A stretch of 64,000 bases of DNA, from positions 2,333,633-2,397,632 of the forward strand of contig OZ220718.1 of the NCBI GenBank assembly GCA_965116765.1, in the 5' to 3' direction. Below the pieces are notes generated by a model. The model saw only the letters and a program-made list of their open reading frames with translations, ran no database searches and was not told the origin of the DNA. Source of the stretch: Vicinamibacterales bacterium (GTDB taxonomy: Bacteria > Acidobacteriota > Vicinamibacteria > Vicinamibacterales > UBA8438). The translations under genes were made by a program, and so were the position numbers. Every line of letters starts with the position of its first letter. The stretch's first letter is position 1. Shown here in pieces: positions 9,839 to 19,846 of the stretch.

Positions 9839-11534
9839 ACTGCCGGGAACCGACGTCGTCATCGTGGGGCTCGGGGCGGCCGGCGGCGTCGCCGCCCTTC
9901 CCCTCGCCGAGGCCGGGCTCGACGTGATCGGACTCGAGGCCGGCGGACGCCTCACCCGCCGCGACTTCGCCCCCGACGAGATCCGGAACAACGTGCGGGC
10001 CTGGCCGTTCTCGGTGCAGAAGTGCGCCAACGAGGTGCCGACCCTCCGGCGCACGCAGTCGGAGACCGCGGTCCAGGGCGGCGGCCACCCCATGATGAAC
10101 GCCGTCGGCGGCACCACCCTGCACTACTGGGCCCAGAGCTGGCGGCTCAACCCGTGGGACTTCGAGGTGGTCTCGGCGACGACGCGGCGCTACGGCCGGT
10201 CGCGCCTGCCCGAGGGGACGACGGTCGAGGACTGGCCGTTCGGCTACGCCGAGCTCGAGCCGTACTACGACCGGGTGGAGCACGAGATCGGGGTCTCGGG
10301 ACAGGCCGGCAACATCGCCGGCCGGCGCGACGCGCGGGGCAACCCGTTCGAGGGCCCCCGCGCCCGCGACTATCCGATGCCCGCCCTGCGGTGGACCGGC
10401 TTCCTGGAGGGCATGGCGGACGCGGCGCGCTCGCTGGACTGGCAGCCGTTCCCCGGCCCCGCCGCCATCAACTCGCGCGCCTACCAGGGGCGCTCGGGCT
10501 GCATGTACCACGGGTTCTGCAATCGGGGCGGGTGCCACGTCGACGCGAAGAACTCGCCCGCGGTGACGACGATTCCCCGGGCCGAGGCCACCGGGCGCCT
10601 GAAGGTGGTGACCCACGCCCACGTCCGGCGCATCGAGACCGACAACCGGGGCCGGGTGACCGGCGTCACCTACGTGCAGGACCGCGAGGAGCTCTTCCAG
10701 CCCGCCCGGTTCGTGCTGCTCGCCAGCTACACCTACGAGAACGTGCGCCTGCTGCTGCTGTCGAAGTCGCGGGCGTGGCCCCTCGGCCTCTCGAACAACC
10801 GCGCGCAGGTCGGCCGGCACTACCTCAGCCACCACCAGGGGGCGGGGGTCACGGCGCTGTTTCCCTACGACACGCACGCCTGGTACGGCCTGCCCGCGCA
10901 GGGCGTCGCCGTCGACGACTGGGCCGACGACAACTTCGACCACGGCGGCCTCGACTTCATCGGCGGCGGCAACCTCTGGGTCTACTCCGACCGGCGTCCG
11001 ATCACGGCCGCGGGCATGAGCACGTTCGGGCGCGCCCCCGCGTGGGGCTCGGCCTGGAAGCGGTTCATCCGGCAGAACGCCGACCGGACGAACAGCGCCT
11101 ACATCCAGAAGACCACCCTGCCCTACGAGTCGAACTACCTCGACCTCGACCCGGTGGTCACCGACCCCGTCGGCGACCCGGTGATCCGGGTGACGGCCGA
11201 GTACAAGCGGAACGAGCTGGCCATCGCGGAGTTCCTGCAGGACAAGATGGAGCGGTGGTACCGCGCGGCGGGCGCGGTCGAGGTGCTGCGGGGCGGCCTC
11301 GGCGGGCAGATGGGGGTCTCGACCCACGCCTACGGCGGGACTCGCATGGGCGACGACCCCGAGACCAACGTCGTCGACCGCTACGGGCTGTCGCACGAGG
11401 TGCCGAACCTCGGCGTCCTCGGCGCCTCGGTCATGGGGACGAGCGGGGCCCGGAACCCCACCCTGACCGCGCAGGCCCTGGCGTGGCGCACGGCCGAGCA
11501 CGTGGTGAGCAACTGGCGTTCGATCGTGGAGTAG
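9828..11534 (+). CDS. GMC oxidoreductase (gluconate 2-dehydrogenase alpha-chain-like)
   Basis: DVVIVGLGAAGG FAD motif, VGGTTLHYW, CMYHGFCNRGGC, STHAYGGTRMG, NPTLTAQALAWR. Overlaps the preceding gene. Confidence 0.92.
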   Translation: MATRLPGTDVVIVGLGAAGGVAALPLAEAGLDVIGLEAGGRLTRRDFAPDEIRNNVRAWPFSVQKCANEVPTLRRTQSETAVQGGGHPMMNAVGGTTLHYWAQSWRLNPWDFEVVSATTRRYGRSRLPEGTTVEDWPFGYAELEPYYDRVEHEIGVSGQAGNIAGRRDARGNPFEGPRARDYPMPALRWTGFLEGMADAARSLDWQPFPGPAAINSRAYQGRSGCMYHGFCNRGGCHVDAKNSPAVTTIPRAEATGRLKVVTHAHVRRIETDNRGRVTGVTYVQDREELFQPARFVLLASYTYENVRLLLLSKSRAWPLGLSNNRAQVGRHYLSHHQGAGVTALFPYDTHAWYGLPAQGVAVDDWADDNFDHGGLDFIGGGNLWVYSDRRPITAAGMSTFGRAPAWGSAWKRFIRQNADRTNSAYIQKTTLPYESNYLDLDPVVTDPVGDPVIRVTAEYKRNELAIAEFLQDKMERWYRAAGAVEVLRGGLGGQMGVSTHAYGGTRMGDDPETNVVDRYGLSHEVPNLGVLGASVMGTSGARNPTLTAQALAWRTAEHVVSNWRSIVE

Positions 11535-11602
11535 GGAGCCCGCGCCGGCCAACGGGCGGACTCCCTGCGGATCGGTGGGCCGGAACGAAGCCGACTACGA
11601 GG

Positions 11603-12268
11603 CTACGCGAGCACTCGCAACACGACCCGCCGGTTCTGCGCGCGTCCCTCCGCCGTGTTGTTGGGGGCGACCGGCTGGTCCTCGCCGTAGCTGATGATGC
11701 CCATCTTGTGGAGAGGGAGCTGGTGCGCCTCGTGGAGATAGCGCCGGGCGTTGTCGGCGCGTTGCATGCCGAGGCGCGCATTGTTCGCGGCCGAGCCGGT
11801 AGAGTCGGTGTGCCCTTCGATCTCCACGAATGACGCGATCGGCAGCGCGCGGAGGTCGGCCACGAACTGGTCCAGATAGGCGCGGACCTCGTCGGGCAGG
11901 GCGGACTGCGAGATCCCGAACCCGGCGACGCCCTCGTCGATCACCATCTCGTAGACGAGGCGCCGGTTCGCGCTCTCCATGGTGTTGCCCAGCTGGTCGG
12001 CGGTCCTCTGCGCCATCTCCGCCGCCATCTGGGCCGAGTTGGCGCTGACGAACGCGTTCTGGGCGGTCTGCTCGACCGCATCGATGCGTTCCGCCTGTTG
12101 CTGTACGATGGCGTAGGAATCGTCCAGCTCGCCGCGCACCTCGGAGATCTGGGCGCCGACCTGCGCCTGAATCTGTGCGGCGGTGTCTTCGACGAAGCCG
12201 GTCGTGGCGATGCAGCCGCCCTGCAGGGCCGCGCCCAGCACCATCGCTACCGTTGCCGTAACTCGCAT
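11603..12268 (-). CDS. OmpA-family peptidoglycan-associated lipoprotein
   Basis: Lipobox-like LQGGC, coiled coil, IEGHTDSTG, SYGEDQPVAPNNTAEGRAQNRRV; RBS ggagg. Confidence 0.9.
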   Translation of the reverse strand: MRVTATVAMVLGAALQGGCIATTGFVEDTAAQIQAQVGAQISEVRGELDDSYAIVQQQAERIDAVEQTAQNAFVSANSAQMAAEMAQRTADQLGNTMESANRRLVYEMVIDEGVAGFGISQSALPDEVRAYLDQFVADLRALPIASFVEIEGHTDSTGSAANNARLGMQRADNARRYLHEAHQLPLHKMGIISYGEDQPVAPNNTAEGRAQNRRVVLRVLA

Positions 12269-12361
12269 GAGGGTCCTCCCTGCCGGATCCGATGTGCCTT
12301 GCTCATGTCCCTCCGCCTCGCCGCTCCGGCGCCGTGGGCCGCGGCGGCTCGCAACGGGACG

Positions 12362-12380
12362 AATCCCACTTGGTGGGATT
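12362..12380. promoter_or_regulatory. Perfect inverted repeat AATCCCAC-N3-GTGGGATT between divergent ompA-like and DUF5916 genes
   Basis: aatcccacttggtgggatt read directly; operator role is inferred. Confidence 0.4.
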
Positions 12381-12416
12381 GCCAACTGTATCGGCCCGGC
12401 GCTCCGCGAACTTCAC

Positions 12417-14711
12417 CTGCCGCCGCCGCGCCGGCCGCTTTTTCTGCCGGCGGCGCTGGCGTTGCTGCTCGCCGGGGCGACCGTCCCGGGGGTGGACGCC
12501 CAGCCGGGGCCGGAGCCGCCGCCGCGTCCCGGCGCCACCGCCGGCATCGCCCGCCCCGTCGTCCGGCCCCCGCGGGTGACCGACCCGCCGGTCATCGACG
12601 GCCGGCTCGACGACCCGGTCTGGCGCGGCGCCGCCCACATCACCGAGCTCGTGCAGCGCCGGCCCCTCGACGGCCCGCCCGCCACCGAGGCGAGCGACGT
12701 CTACGTCGCGTACGACAGCGACCATCTCTATCTCGGCCTGCACGCGCACTACAGCGACCCCGGCATGATGCGGGCGAACCGGCGCGACCGCGACCAGACC
12801 GTCGAGGACGACCTGTTCCTGATCTACTTCGACCCGTTCCTCGACCAGCAGCGGGCCTATGTGTTCACCGTGAACGGCTACGGGGTGCAGGGAGACGCGA
12901 TCCTGCGGGCGGGGGCCCTCGGGGGCGGCCGCTTCGGGGTCCCCCGCGGCGACGCCTCGTGGGACGTGCTGTTCGACGCCGCGGCCCGCCTCGTCCGCGA
13001 CGGCTTCGTCGCCGAGATGGCCATCCCCTTCAAGAGCCTCCGATACCCGCGGCGGGAGGCCGGGTCCGAGCACCGGTGGGGGCTGCAGATCGCTCGCACC
13101 ATCGGCGGCAAGGACGAGGCCGACGTCTGGTCCCGCACGTCGCGCGACATCGCCGGCTTCCTGCCCCAGATGGGGCTGCTCGACGGCATGACGGACCTCT
13201 CGCGCAGCCACAACCTCGAGATCCTGCCCACCGTCACCGCCACCCGGTTCGGCGCCCTCGATCGCAGCACCGGCCGGTTCGACGAGGGGGACCTGTCGCC
13301 GGAGGGCGGCGTCAACGTCAAGTACGGGGTCACGTCCAACCTCACCGCCGACGTCACGTTCAACCCCGACTTCTCGCAGATCGAGTCGGACCTGCCGCAG
13401 ATCGAGGTCAACCAGCGGTTCGCACTCTTCTACCCCGAGCTGCGTCCCTTCTTCCTGGAGGGGGCCGAGATCTTCAACATCCGGGCGCCGATCACCACCG
13501 TGCACACCCGCACCATCGTCGACCCCGCGTACGGCGCCAAGCTGACCGGCAAGGTGGGACGGACCACCCTCGGGCTGATGTACGCCAACGACGCCGAGCC
13601 GGGCAACGTGGACGACCGCACGGACCCCGCCTTCGGGCAGGCCGCGCACACCTTCGTGGGGCGGGCGCGCTACGACCTCTACGCCGAGTCGCACGTCGGG
13701 GCCGTCTTCACCGACCGGGAGCTGCTCGACGGCTACAGCCGGCTCGCCGGCGTCGACTCGAACTTCCGCCTCGGCGACACCCACGCGGTCGCCTTCCGCG
13801 CCATGGCGACCGACCACCGGGACCGCGGGGGCGCGGAGACGACGGGCCGCCTGCTCGACGCGAGGTTCAGCAAGAGCGGCCGGAACCTTCGCTACGCGGT
13901 GTCCTCCTACTCGCTGTCGCCCGAGTTCAAGACCGACGTGGGGTTCGTCCGCCGCACCGACCAGCGCTACACGTCGCTGACCGGGGGCTACCGGTGGTGG
14001 CCGGAGCACTGGCTCCGCAACTGGGGGCCCGAGTTCGTCTACGGGCGGAACTACGACTTCGCGGGCGTGCTGCAGGACGAGATCGCCGACGCCGGCATCA
14101 ACCTCGCGCTCGCCCGCAACATGTTCGTGGCCAGCAACGTGCGGCGGGAGCTGGAGCGGTTCGGGGGCATCGACTTCCACAAGACGCGCGGCCGGGTCTT
14201 CGGCCGCGTGGACACGAGCCGGCGGATCGGGGTGTCGCTCGAGTACCGGCGGGGCGAGCAGATCCGTTTCGACGAGGAGGCGCCGTACCTCGGCCGCGAG
14301 CAGGGCATCACCGCGCGGCTCAACCTGCGTCCCGTCCCCCGCCTCCGATCGGCGATCGACGTCACCACGAACCGGTTCACGGACTCCCGACACGGGGGCG
14401 GCGCGGTGTTCGACGTCCAGATCTACCGCGCCCTGACCACCTTCCAGTTCAGCAACCGCCTGCTCTTCCGCAACATCAGCGAGTACAACACGCTGCGCGG
14501 GAAGCTGGACCTGAACTTCCTGCTCACCTACCGCGTCAACGCGGGCACCGTCTTCTACGCCGGCTACGACGACCACTACCAGCAGGCCGACCGGATCGAC
14601 GGCGACCTGCTCGACTGGCACGAGGTCGGCGGCGGGCGCTCCGCCTGGACCTGGCGCCAGCGGACGAACCGCGCGGTGTTCCTGAAGTTCCAGTATCTCT
14701 TCCGATACTGA
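12417..14711 (+). CDS. DUF5916/CBM9-like-domain outer-membrane protein (start uncertain, ~12380-12465)
   Basis: PVIDGRLDDPVW, AEMAIPFKSLRY, NPDFSQIESD...NQRFALFYPELRPFFLEG, C-terminal FLKFQYLFRY. Confidence 0.85.
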   Translation: MPPPRRPLFLPAALALLLAGATVPGVDAQPGPEPPPRPGATAGIARPVVRPPRVTDPPVIDGRLDDPVWRGAAHITELVQRRPLDGPPATEASDVYVAYDSDHLYLGLHAHYSDPGMMRANRRDRDQTVEDDLFLIYFDPFLDQQRAYVFTVNGYGVQGDAILRAGALGGGRFGVPRGDASWDVLFDAAARLVRDGFVAEMAIPFKSLRYPRREAGSEHRWGLQIARTIGGKDEADVWSRTSRDIAGFLPQMGLLDGMTDLSRSHNLEILPTVTATRFGALDRSTGRFDEGDLSPEGGVNVKYGVTSNLTADVTFNPDFSQIESDLPQIEVNQRFALFYPELRPFFLEGAEIFNIRAPITTVHTRTIVDPAYGAKLTGKVGRTTLGLMYANDAEPGNVDDRTDPAFGQAAHTFVGRARYDLYAESHVGAVFTDRELLDGYSRLAGVDSNFRLGDTHAVAFRAMATDHRDRGGAETTGRLLDARFSKSGRNLRYAVSSYSLSPEFKTDVGFVRRTDQRYTSLTGGYRWWPEHWLRNWGPEFVYGRNYDFAGVLQDEIADAGINLALARNMFVASNVRRELERFGGIDFHKTRGRVFGRVDTSRRIGVSLEYRRGEQIRFDEEAPYLGREQGITARLNLRPVPRLRSAIDVTTNRFTDSRHGGGAVFDVQIYRALTTFQFSNRLLFRNISEYNTLRGKLDLNFLLTYRVNAGTVFYAGYDDHYQQADRIDGDLLDWHEVGGGRSAWTWRQRTNRAVFLKFQYLFRY

Positions 14712-14767
14712 GGCGCCGCCGGTGCGGAGTGGGGTCCGCCGAAGCCGCACGGGACGGAATCTGCCGG

Positions 14768-14846
14768 ATCGTCACGCCGCGCCCCGACCGAACGCGGACG
14801 CCCCACATCGTCACACCGCGCCCCGACGGAAACGCGGACGCTCCAC
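14768..14846. repeat. 39-bp tandem duplication
   Basis: atcgtcac(g/a)ccgcgccccgac...aacgcggacgc(c/t)ccac twice. Confidence 0.75.
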
Positions 14847-14941
14847 CGTCGGGAGCCCGGCACCGGCCATGCGATGCGGCCGAGGCAAGCGGGAGCTCGA
14901 TCCCGCCCGCGTCGGCGCCGGGTCACCCTCGGCGCGGGTCG

Positions 14942-15345
14942 CTACGCGGTCAGGGCGTACAGATCCTCGAGCGAGTGCCAGTCCGGCGACGCCGCTCTCG
15001 CGGCCGGCTTGCGGCGCACGAAGTAGCGGCGGCCCAGGGTCGCGCCGCGGCGGTTGGGATACGCGCGCGCCTTGCGGTCCAGCTCTGCCTCCAGGGCCCT
15101 CGGCGACCGCACCGGACCCCACTTGCACTCGCCGAGGTCCGTCCAGTTGTCGTCGCGCAGCCCGACGACGTCGATCTGCGCGGGAGGCTCTTCTCGAGAG
15201 AGCGACTCCCCCGCGCTCCCTCGCCGAGGACTCCAGTACTCGCCGACCTCGAAGCCCGCCCCGACGCCCTCGGCCGCATAGACGAGCGGCAGCGCCTCGC
15301 GGCACAGCCGCTCGACGCCATGACCGCAGTATGCGGGGCTCCGCA
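14942..15345 (-). pseudogene. C-terminal DUF234 (restriction-endonuclease-like) fragment of an ATPase-DUF234 gene
   Basis: AYCGHGVERLCRE...VGEYWS...QIDVVGLRDDNWTDLGECKWG (D...ExK nuclease-like motif). No ATPase domain or credible start upstream. Confidence 0.75.
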
Positions 15346-15352
15346 CAGTCGT

Positions 15353-15406
15353 CAAGTCATGTTTAGACAAGTCGTGTTTAGACAAGTCGTGTTTAGACAA
15401 GTCATG
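15353..15406. repeat. AT-rich 15-bp tandem repeat x3.6
   Basis: caagtc(a/g)tgtttaga at 15353, 15368 and 15383, partial at 15398. Confidence 0.9.
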
Positions 15407-15518
15407 ATTGGATTCAATTCGGTGCGGTCGGCGTCGAGGTCGGCCCCGGGGCCCGCGAGGCGGCAGCTCCGGCGTCGAGCGCCACCAGGGGTCGCGGGAA
15501 TCCGAGCACGGCTGCCGC

Positions 15519-15667
15519 ATCGAGACCGACCCGCGGCGCCGGGGCGCGAGCAGCAGCGTCGCCGGAAGCCGAGAGCACGACGGACAAGCTCTATCGAGAC
15601 CGACCCGCGGCGCCGGGGCGCGAGCAGCAGCGTCGCCGGAAGCCGAGAGCACGGACGGACAAGCTCT
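15519..15667. repeat. ~74-bp tandem duplication
   Basis: atcgagaccgacccgcggcgcc...cggacaagctct at 15519-15592 and 15593-15667. Confidence 0.9.
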
Positions 15668-15704
15668 CGCCGGCGCCCCTCCGACGGCCACGGTATAGTG
15701 GGAT

Positions 15705-17312
15705 GTGACGATCGCTCCCGGCTCTTCGTCCGCCGACGCCCGGTCGGACCGCTCCATGGACGACCCCCGCACCGCCCCGGCCGGCCCCATCGGCGCGGGG
15801 ACCGGCGTCCTGCTGATCGCGGTCTTCACCATCGCCACCTGCGGCCTCGTCTACGAGCTGCTCGCGAGCACCATCGCCAGCTACCTCCTCGGCGACAGCG
15901 TCACGCAGTTCTCGACGGTCATCGGCGTCTACCTGTTCTCGATGGGGGTGGGGTCGTACCTGTCGCGCCACGTCCGCCGCGACCTGCTGGTCCGGTTCAT
16001 CGAGATCGAGATCCTGGTGGGCCTCGTCGGCGGCCTCTCGTCGCCGGTGCTCTTCTTCGCGTTCTCCGAGGTCGACGCCTTTCGCGTCGTGCTGTACGGC
16101 TGGGTCACCGCCACCGGGGTGCTCGTCGGCCTGGAGATCCCGTTTCTCATCCGCATCCTGAAGGACGAGTTCCCGCTGCACGACCTCGTCTCGCGCGTCC
16201 TGTCGCTCGACTACCTGGGCGCGCTGGCGGCGGCGTTGCTGTTCCCGCTGTGGCTGGTGCCGCAGGTCGGCCTGATGCGGTCGTCGTTCGTGTTCGGGGG
16301 GCTCAACGTGCTGGTCGCGGTGTGGACCTGCCACTACTTCCGCCGGCGCCACCGGCGGCCGCGGCTCGCGGTGCAGGCCTGGGGGGCGTTCGCGGTGCTG
16401 GCGCTGGGCGCGGTCTTCTCCGACGACCTGACGAGCTGGTCCGAGCGGCGGCTCTACGAGGAGCCGGTCGTCCTGTCGCGGTCGTCTCCCTACCAGCGCA
16501 TCGTCCTGACCCGGGGCGACAACGGCGTCCGCCTGTTCCTGAACGGCAACCTGCAGCTCTCGACCCTCGACGAGTACCGCTACCACGAGGCCCTCGTCCA
16601 CCCCGGACTCGCCGCGGTGGCCGCCCCCCGCCGTGTGCTCGTGCTGGGCGGCGGCGACGGCATGGCGGTCCGCGAGCTCCTGAGGGACGACCGCGTCCGG
16701 GAGATCACGCTGGTGGATCTCGACCCGATGATGACCGAGATCTTCCGCGACCACGAGGCGTTCGCCGCCCTCAACGGCCACGCCCTGCGCTCGCCCCGGG
16801 TCGAGATCGTCAACGCCGACGCCTTCGTCTGGCTCGAGTCGAACCCCGCCCGCTGGGACTTCATCGTCGTCGACTTCCCCGACCCCCGCACCTACTCGCT
16901 CGGCAAGCTGTACACGACCACGTTCTACCGGCGGCTCGCGAGCCGCCTGAACGCGGGCGGCACGGCCGCCATTCAGAGCACGTCGCCCCTCGTCTCGCGG
17001 CGGGCGTTCTGGTGCGTGGTCGAGACCGTCCGCGCGGCGGGGCTGCACGCGAGGCCCTACCACGCGCCGGTCCCGACCTTCGGGGAATGGGGCTACGTGC
17101 TGGCGTCACGGGAGCCGCTCGGCCTGTCCGACGCCTTCCCGCCGGGGCTGCGGTACCTCACCCCGGCCATCGCGCGATCGCTGTTCGAGTTCCCGGCCGA
17201 CATGGCGCCGGTCCCGGCGGAGGTGAACCGGCTGAACAACCAGATCCTCGTGCAGTACCACGCGGAAGGCTGGGAGCAGTACGCGCGTAGCCGGCCCATG
17301 AGCCACCCATGA
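15705..17312 (+). CDS. speE: Membrane-anchored polyamine aminopropyltransferase (spermidine synthase-like)
   Basis: N-terminal multi-TM domain (CGLVYELL...GDSVTQFS), SPYQRI, LFLNGNLQ, DEYRYHEALVHP, LVLGGGDG, VDFPDP. Alternative start 15757. Confidence 0.9.
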   Translation: MTIAPGSSSADARSDRSMDDPRTAPAGPIGAGTGVLLIAVFTIATCGLVYELLASTIASYLLGDSVTQFSTVIGVYLFSMGVGSYLSRHVRRDLLVRFIEIEILVGLVGGLSSPVLFFAFSEVDAFRVVLYGWVTATGVLVGLEIPFLIRILKDEFPLHDLVSRVLSLDYLGALAAALLFPLWLVPQVGLMRSSFVFGGLNVLVAVWTCHYFRRRHRRPRLAVQAWGAFAVLALGAVFSDDLTSWSERRLYEEPVVLSRSSPYQRIVLTRGDNGVRLFLNGNLQLSTLDEYRYHEALVHPGLAAVAAPRRVLVLGGGDGMAVRELLRDDRVREITLVDLDPMMTEIFRDHEAFAALNGHALRSPRVEIVNADAFVWLESNPARWDFIVVDFPDPRTYSLGKLYTTTFYRRLASRLNAGGTAAIQSTSPLVSRRAFWCVVETVRAAGLHARPYHAPVPTFGEWGYVLASREPLGLSDAFPPGLRYLTPAIARSLFEFPADMAPVPAEVNRLNNQILVQYHAEGWEQYARSRPMSHP

Positions 17313-18979
17313 GCAGACGACGGATCCCCTGGAGCCGCGGGCTGACGCGCCGGGACATGCTGCGGATGGGTCCGGGCGCGGCCGCGGCGATGGCGCTCGG
17401 GTGCACGCCCGGCCTGCCCGCCTCGGCAGAGAGGGCCCTCGACGCCGGTCGCATCGCCGGCGCCGTCGTGGGCGCCTCCCACCGGCTCGGGCATCGGCTG
17501 CGGGACGGCGCCCGGCCCGAGCCGCAACAGGTCCGCGACGTGCCGGTGGTCATCGTGGGGGCGGGCGTGGCGGGTCTGTCCGCGGCGTGGAAGCTCGCGA
17601 AGAGCGGCATGCGAGACTTCGTCGTGCTCGAGCTGGAGGCCGACGCGGGGGGCAACTCGCGGTGGGGGAGAAACGACGTCTCGGCCTATCCGTGGGGCGC
17701 GCACTACCTGCCGGTCCCCACCGCCGAGGCGACCGCGACACGGGAGCTGGTGGCCGAGATGGGCCTGGTCCTGGACACCGGCCCGGACGGCGAGCCGGTC
17801 TACGACCCGCGCCACCTCTGCCACGCCCCGCAGGAGCGCCTGTTCGTCGACGGCGGGTGGCGCGAGGGGCTGTCGGCGCGCGACGTGGTCGACCCCGCGC
17901 CCGGCTCGCCCGAGGCGGCGGAGCTCGCGGCGTTCGAGGCCGAGATGCGGCGCTACCGGGACTTCCGGGACGCGCGCGGGCGGCGGGCCTTCGCCCTTCC
18001 CGTCACGGCCGGCACCGCCGACGCCGCGATCGTCGGGCTCGACCGGATGTCGATGCGCGAGTACTTCGACCGGGCCGGCTGGGCGTCTCCCCGCCTGCGC
18101 TGGTACGTGGACTACTGCTGCCGCGACGACTACGGCTGCACGCTGGAGACGACCTCGGCGTGGGCGGGGTGGCACTACTTCTGCTCGCGCCCCGACGACG
18201 TCGAGTACCTGACCTGGCCCGAGGGCAACGGCCGCATCGTCCGGCACTTCCTCGACCGGGTGGGCGGGAACAACGTGCTCCCCGGGATGCTGGTCTACCG
18301 CGTGCGCCCGACCGGCGCCGCGGGGGCCGGCGGCGTCGAGGTCGACGCGCTGGACACGCGCTCCGAGGTCGCGGTGCGGTTCCGGGCGCGCCACTGCATC
18401 TATGCCCTCCCCCGGTTCACCGCGCCCTACGCCATCGAGGGCTACGCCCTCGCCGGCCTCGAGTCGTTCACCTACAGCCCGTGGGTGGTCGCGAACCTCA
18501 CCGTCGACCGGCCGCCGGACGGCGCCGCGTGGGACAACGTGCTCCACGACAGCCCGTCGCTCGGCTACGTCGTCGCCACCCACCAGGACCTGCGGACGGC
18601 GCCGGGGCCCAGCGTGCTGACCTGGTACCTGCCCCTCGCCGTTCCCAACCCCGACGCCGCGCGTGCCTGGATGCTCGAGCAGGAATGGCGCGACTGGGCG
18701 TCGTTGATCCTCGCCGACCTCGTGCAGGCCCACCCCGACATCGAACAGCGCGTGTCCCGCATCGACGTCATGCTGTGGGGGCACGCGATGATCCGGCCCG
18801 TGCCCGGCTTCGTCTGGGGCGAGACGCGGCGCCGGGCCGCCGCCCCGCACGGCGCCATCCGCTTCGCCCACTCCGACATGAGCGGCATCTCGGTCTTCGA
18901 AGAAGCGCAGTACCACGGGGTGCGGGCGGCCGAGGAGGTCATGCGGGCGCTGGGCCACGCCCACGCGACGTCACTCTGA
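17309..18979 (+). CDS. Tat-exported FAD-dependent amine-oxidase-like protein
   Basis: TRRDML Tat motif, VVIVGAGVAGL, YPWGAHYLP, YCCRDDYG, SAWAGWHYF, HSDMSGISVFEEA. ATGA overlap with the speE-like gene. Confidence 0.88.
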   Translation: MSRRRIPWSRGLTRRDMLRMGPGAAAAMALGCTPGLPASAERALDAGRIAGAVVGASHRLGHRLRDGARPEPQQVRDVPVVIVGAGVAGLSAAWKLAKSGMRDFVVLELEADAGGNSRWGRNDVSAYPWGAHYLPVPTAEATATRELVAEMGLVLDTGPDGEPVYDPRHLCHAPQERLFVDGGWREGLSARDVVDPAPGSPEAAELAAFEAEMRRYRDFRDARGRRAFALPVTAGTADAAIVGLDRMSMREYFDRAGWASPRLRWYVDYCCRDDYGCTLETTSAWAGWHYFCSRPDDVEYLTWPEGNGRIVRHFLDRVGGNNVLPGMLVYRVRPTGAAGAGGVEVDALDTRSEVAVRFRARHCIYALPRFTAPYAIEGYALAGLESFTYSPWVVANLTVDRPPDGAAWDNVLHDSPSLGYVVATHQDLRTAPGPSVLTWYLPLAVPNPDAARAWMLEQEWRDWASLILADLVQAHPDIEQRVSRIDVMLWGHAMIRPVPGFVWGETRRRAAAPHGAIRFAHSDMSGISVFEEAQYHGVRAAEEVMRALGHAHATSL

Positions 18980-19133
18980 GGGACCGGGGCGCCTTCCGGC
19001 GGGGTTCCGTCGAATGGCGGGCGCCCGATGGTTGGCGCGTGGACGCCGGCTGGAATGGTTGAGGCGGCGTCGCCGCCCCGCGGCAGCATTGCCGCAAGGC
19101 GACGACTTCGAGGATCTGTACAGCCGGGACCGG

Positions 19134-19844
19134 CTACGTCGCGGCGATGCCCATCTTCTTCTTCAGCTCGGCCAGCGAGTCGGCGCCGGCGCTGGGCGAC
19201 GGCCCCGCGAGGGCGCGGTCGATGTCCTCGTCGATGGTGCCGCCGACGTCGGCGAGCTGGTCGTAGGCCTCGGCCAGCGACTCTTCCTCCTGCACCCGGT
19301 GCTTCATCTTCTCGAGCATGGCGACGGTGCCCGAGGCGTCGGCGCCGGCGAGCTGCTGGTTGATCTTGCGCATCGACGAGGCGGTGCGGGCGCGGGCGCG
19401 CAGGGTGATCAGCTCGTTCTCGTACTTGGCGATCTGCCGCTTGAGGTCCTCGACCTTGGCCTGGAGCTGGTCGGACATGCGCCGCTGCGACTCGTAGTCG
19501 GCGCCGACCCGGGCCCCCTGCTTCACCGAGTCGTCCTTCTTCTCGAGGGCGGAGGTGGCGAGGCGCTCGGCCTCGGCCGCGGCCATCTCGCCGGCCTCGG
19601 CCCGCCGCAGCAGCATCATCGCCTTGCGCTCGTAGTCGGCCGCCCGCTTCTTGTGGTCGTCGGTCTCCTTCTGCAGGCGGATGGCCAGCGACTTGACCTG
19701 GGCGAGGCTGACCATCGCGGCCTGGAGGTTCTTCTTGAGATCGCGGATGCCCTGCTCGGTCATCTTGATCGGGTCCTCCAGCTGGTCGACGGCGGCGTGG
19801 GCGTTCGACTGGGCGACCTTGAACATTCTGCGAAAGATACTCAT
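19134..19844 (-). CDS. pspA: PspA/IM30 family protein
   Basis: MSIFRRMFKV...LEDPIKMTEQGIRDL, long coiled coil, LAELKKKMG. Confidence 0.92.
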   Translation of the reverse strand: MSIFRRMFKVAQSNAHAAVDQLEDPIKMTEQGIRDLKKNLQAAMVSLAQVKSLAIRLQKETDDHKKRAADYERKAMMLLRRAEAGEMAAAEAERLATSALEKKDDSVKQGARVGADYESQRRMSDQLQAKVEDLKRQIAKYENELITLRARARTASSMRKINQQLAGADASGTVAMLEKMKHRVQEEESLAEAYDQLADVGGTIDEDIDRALAGPSPSAGADSLAELKKKMGIAAT

Positions 19845-19846
19845 GG

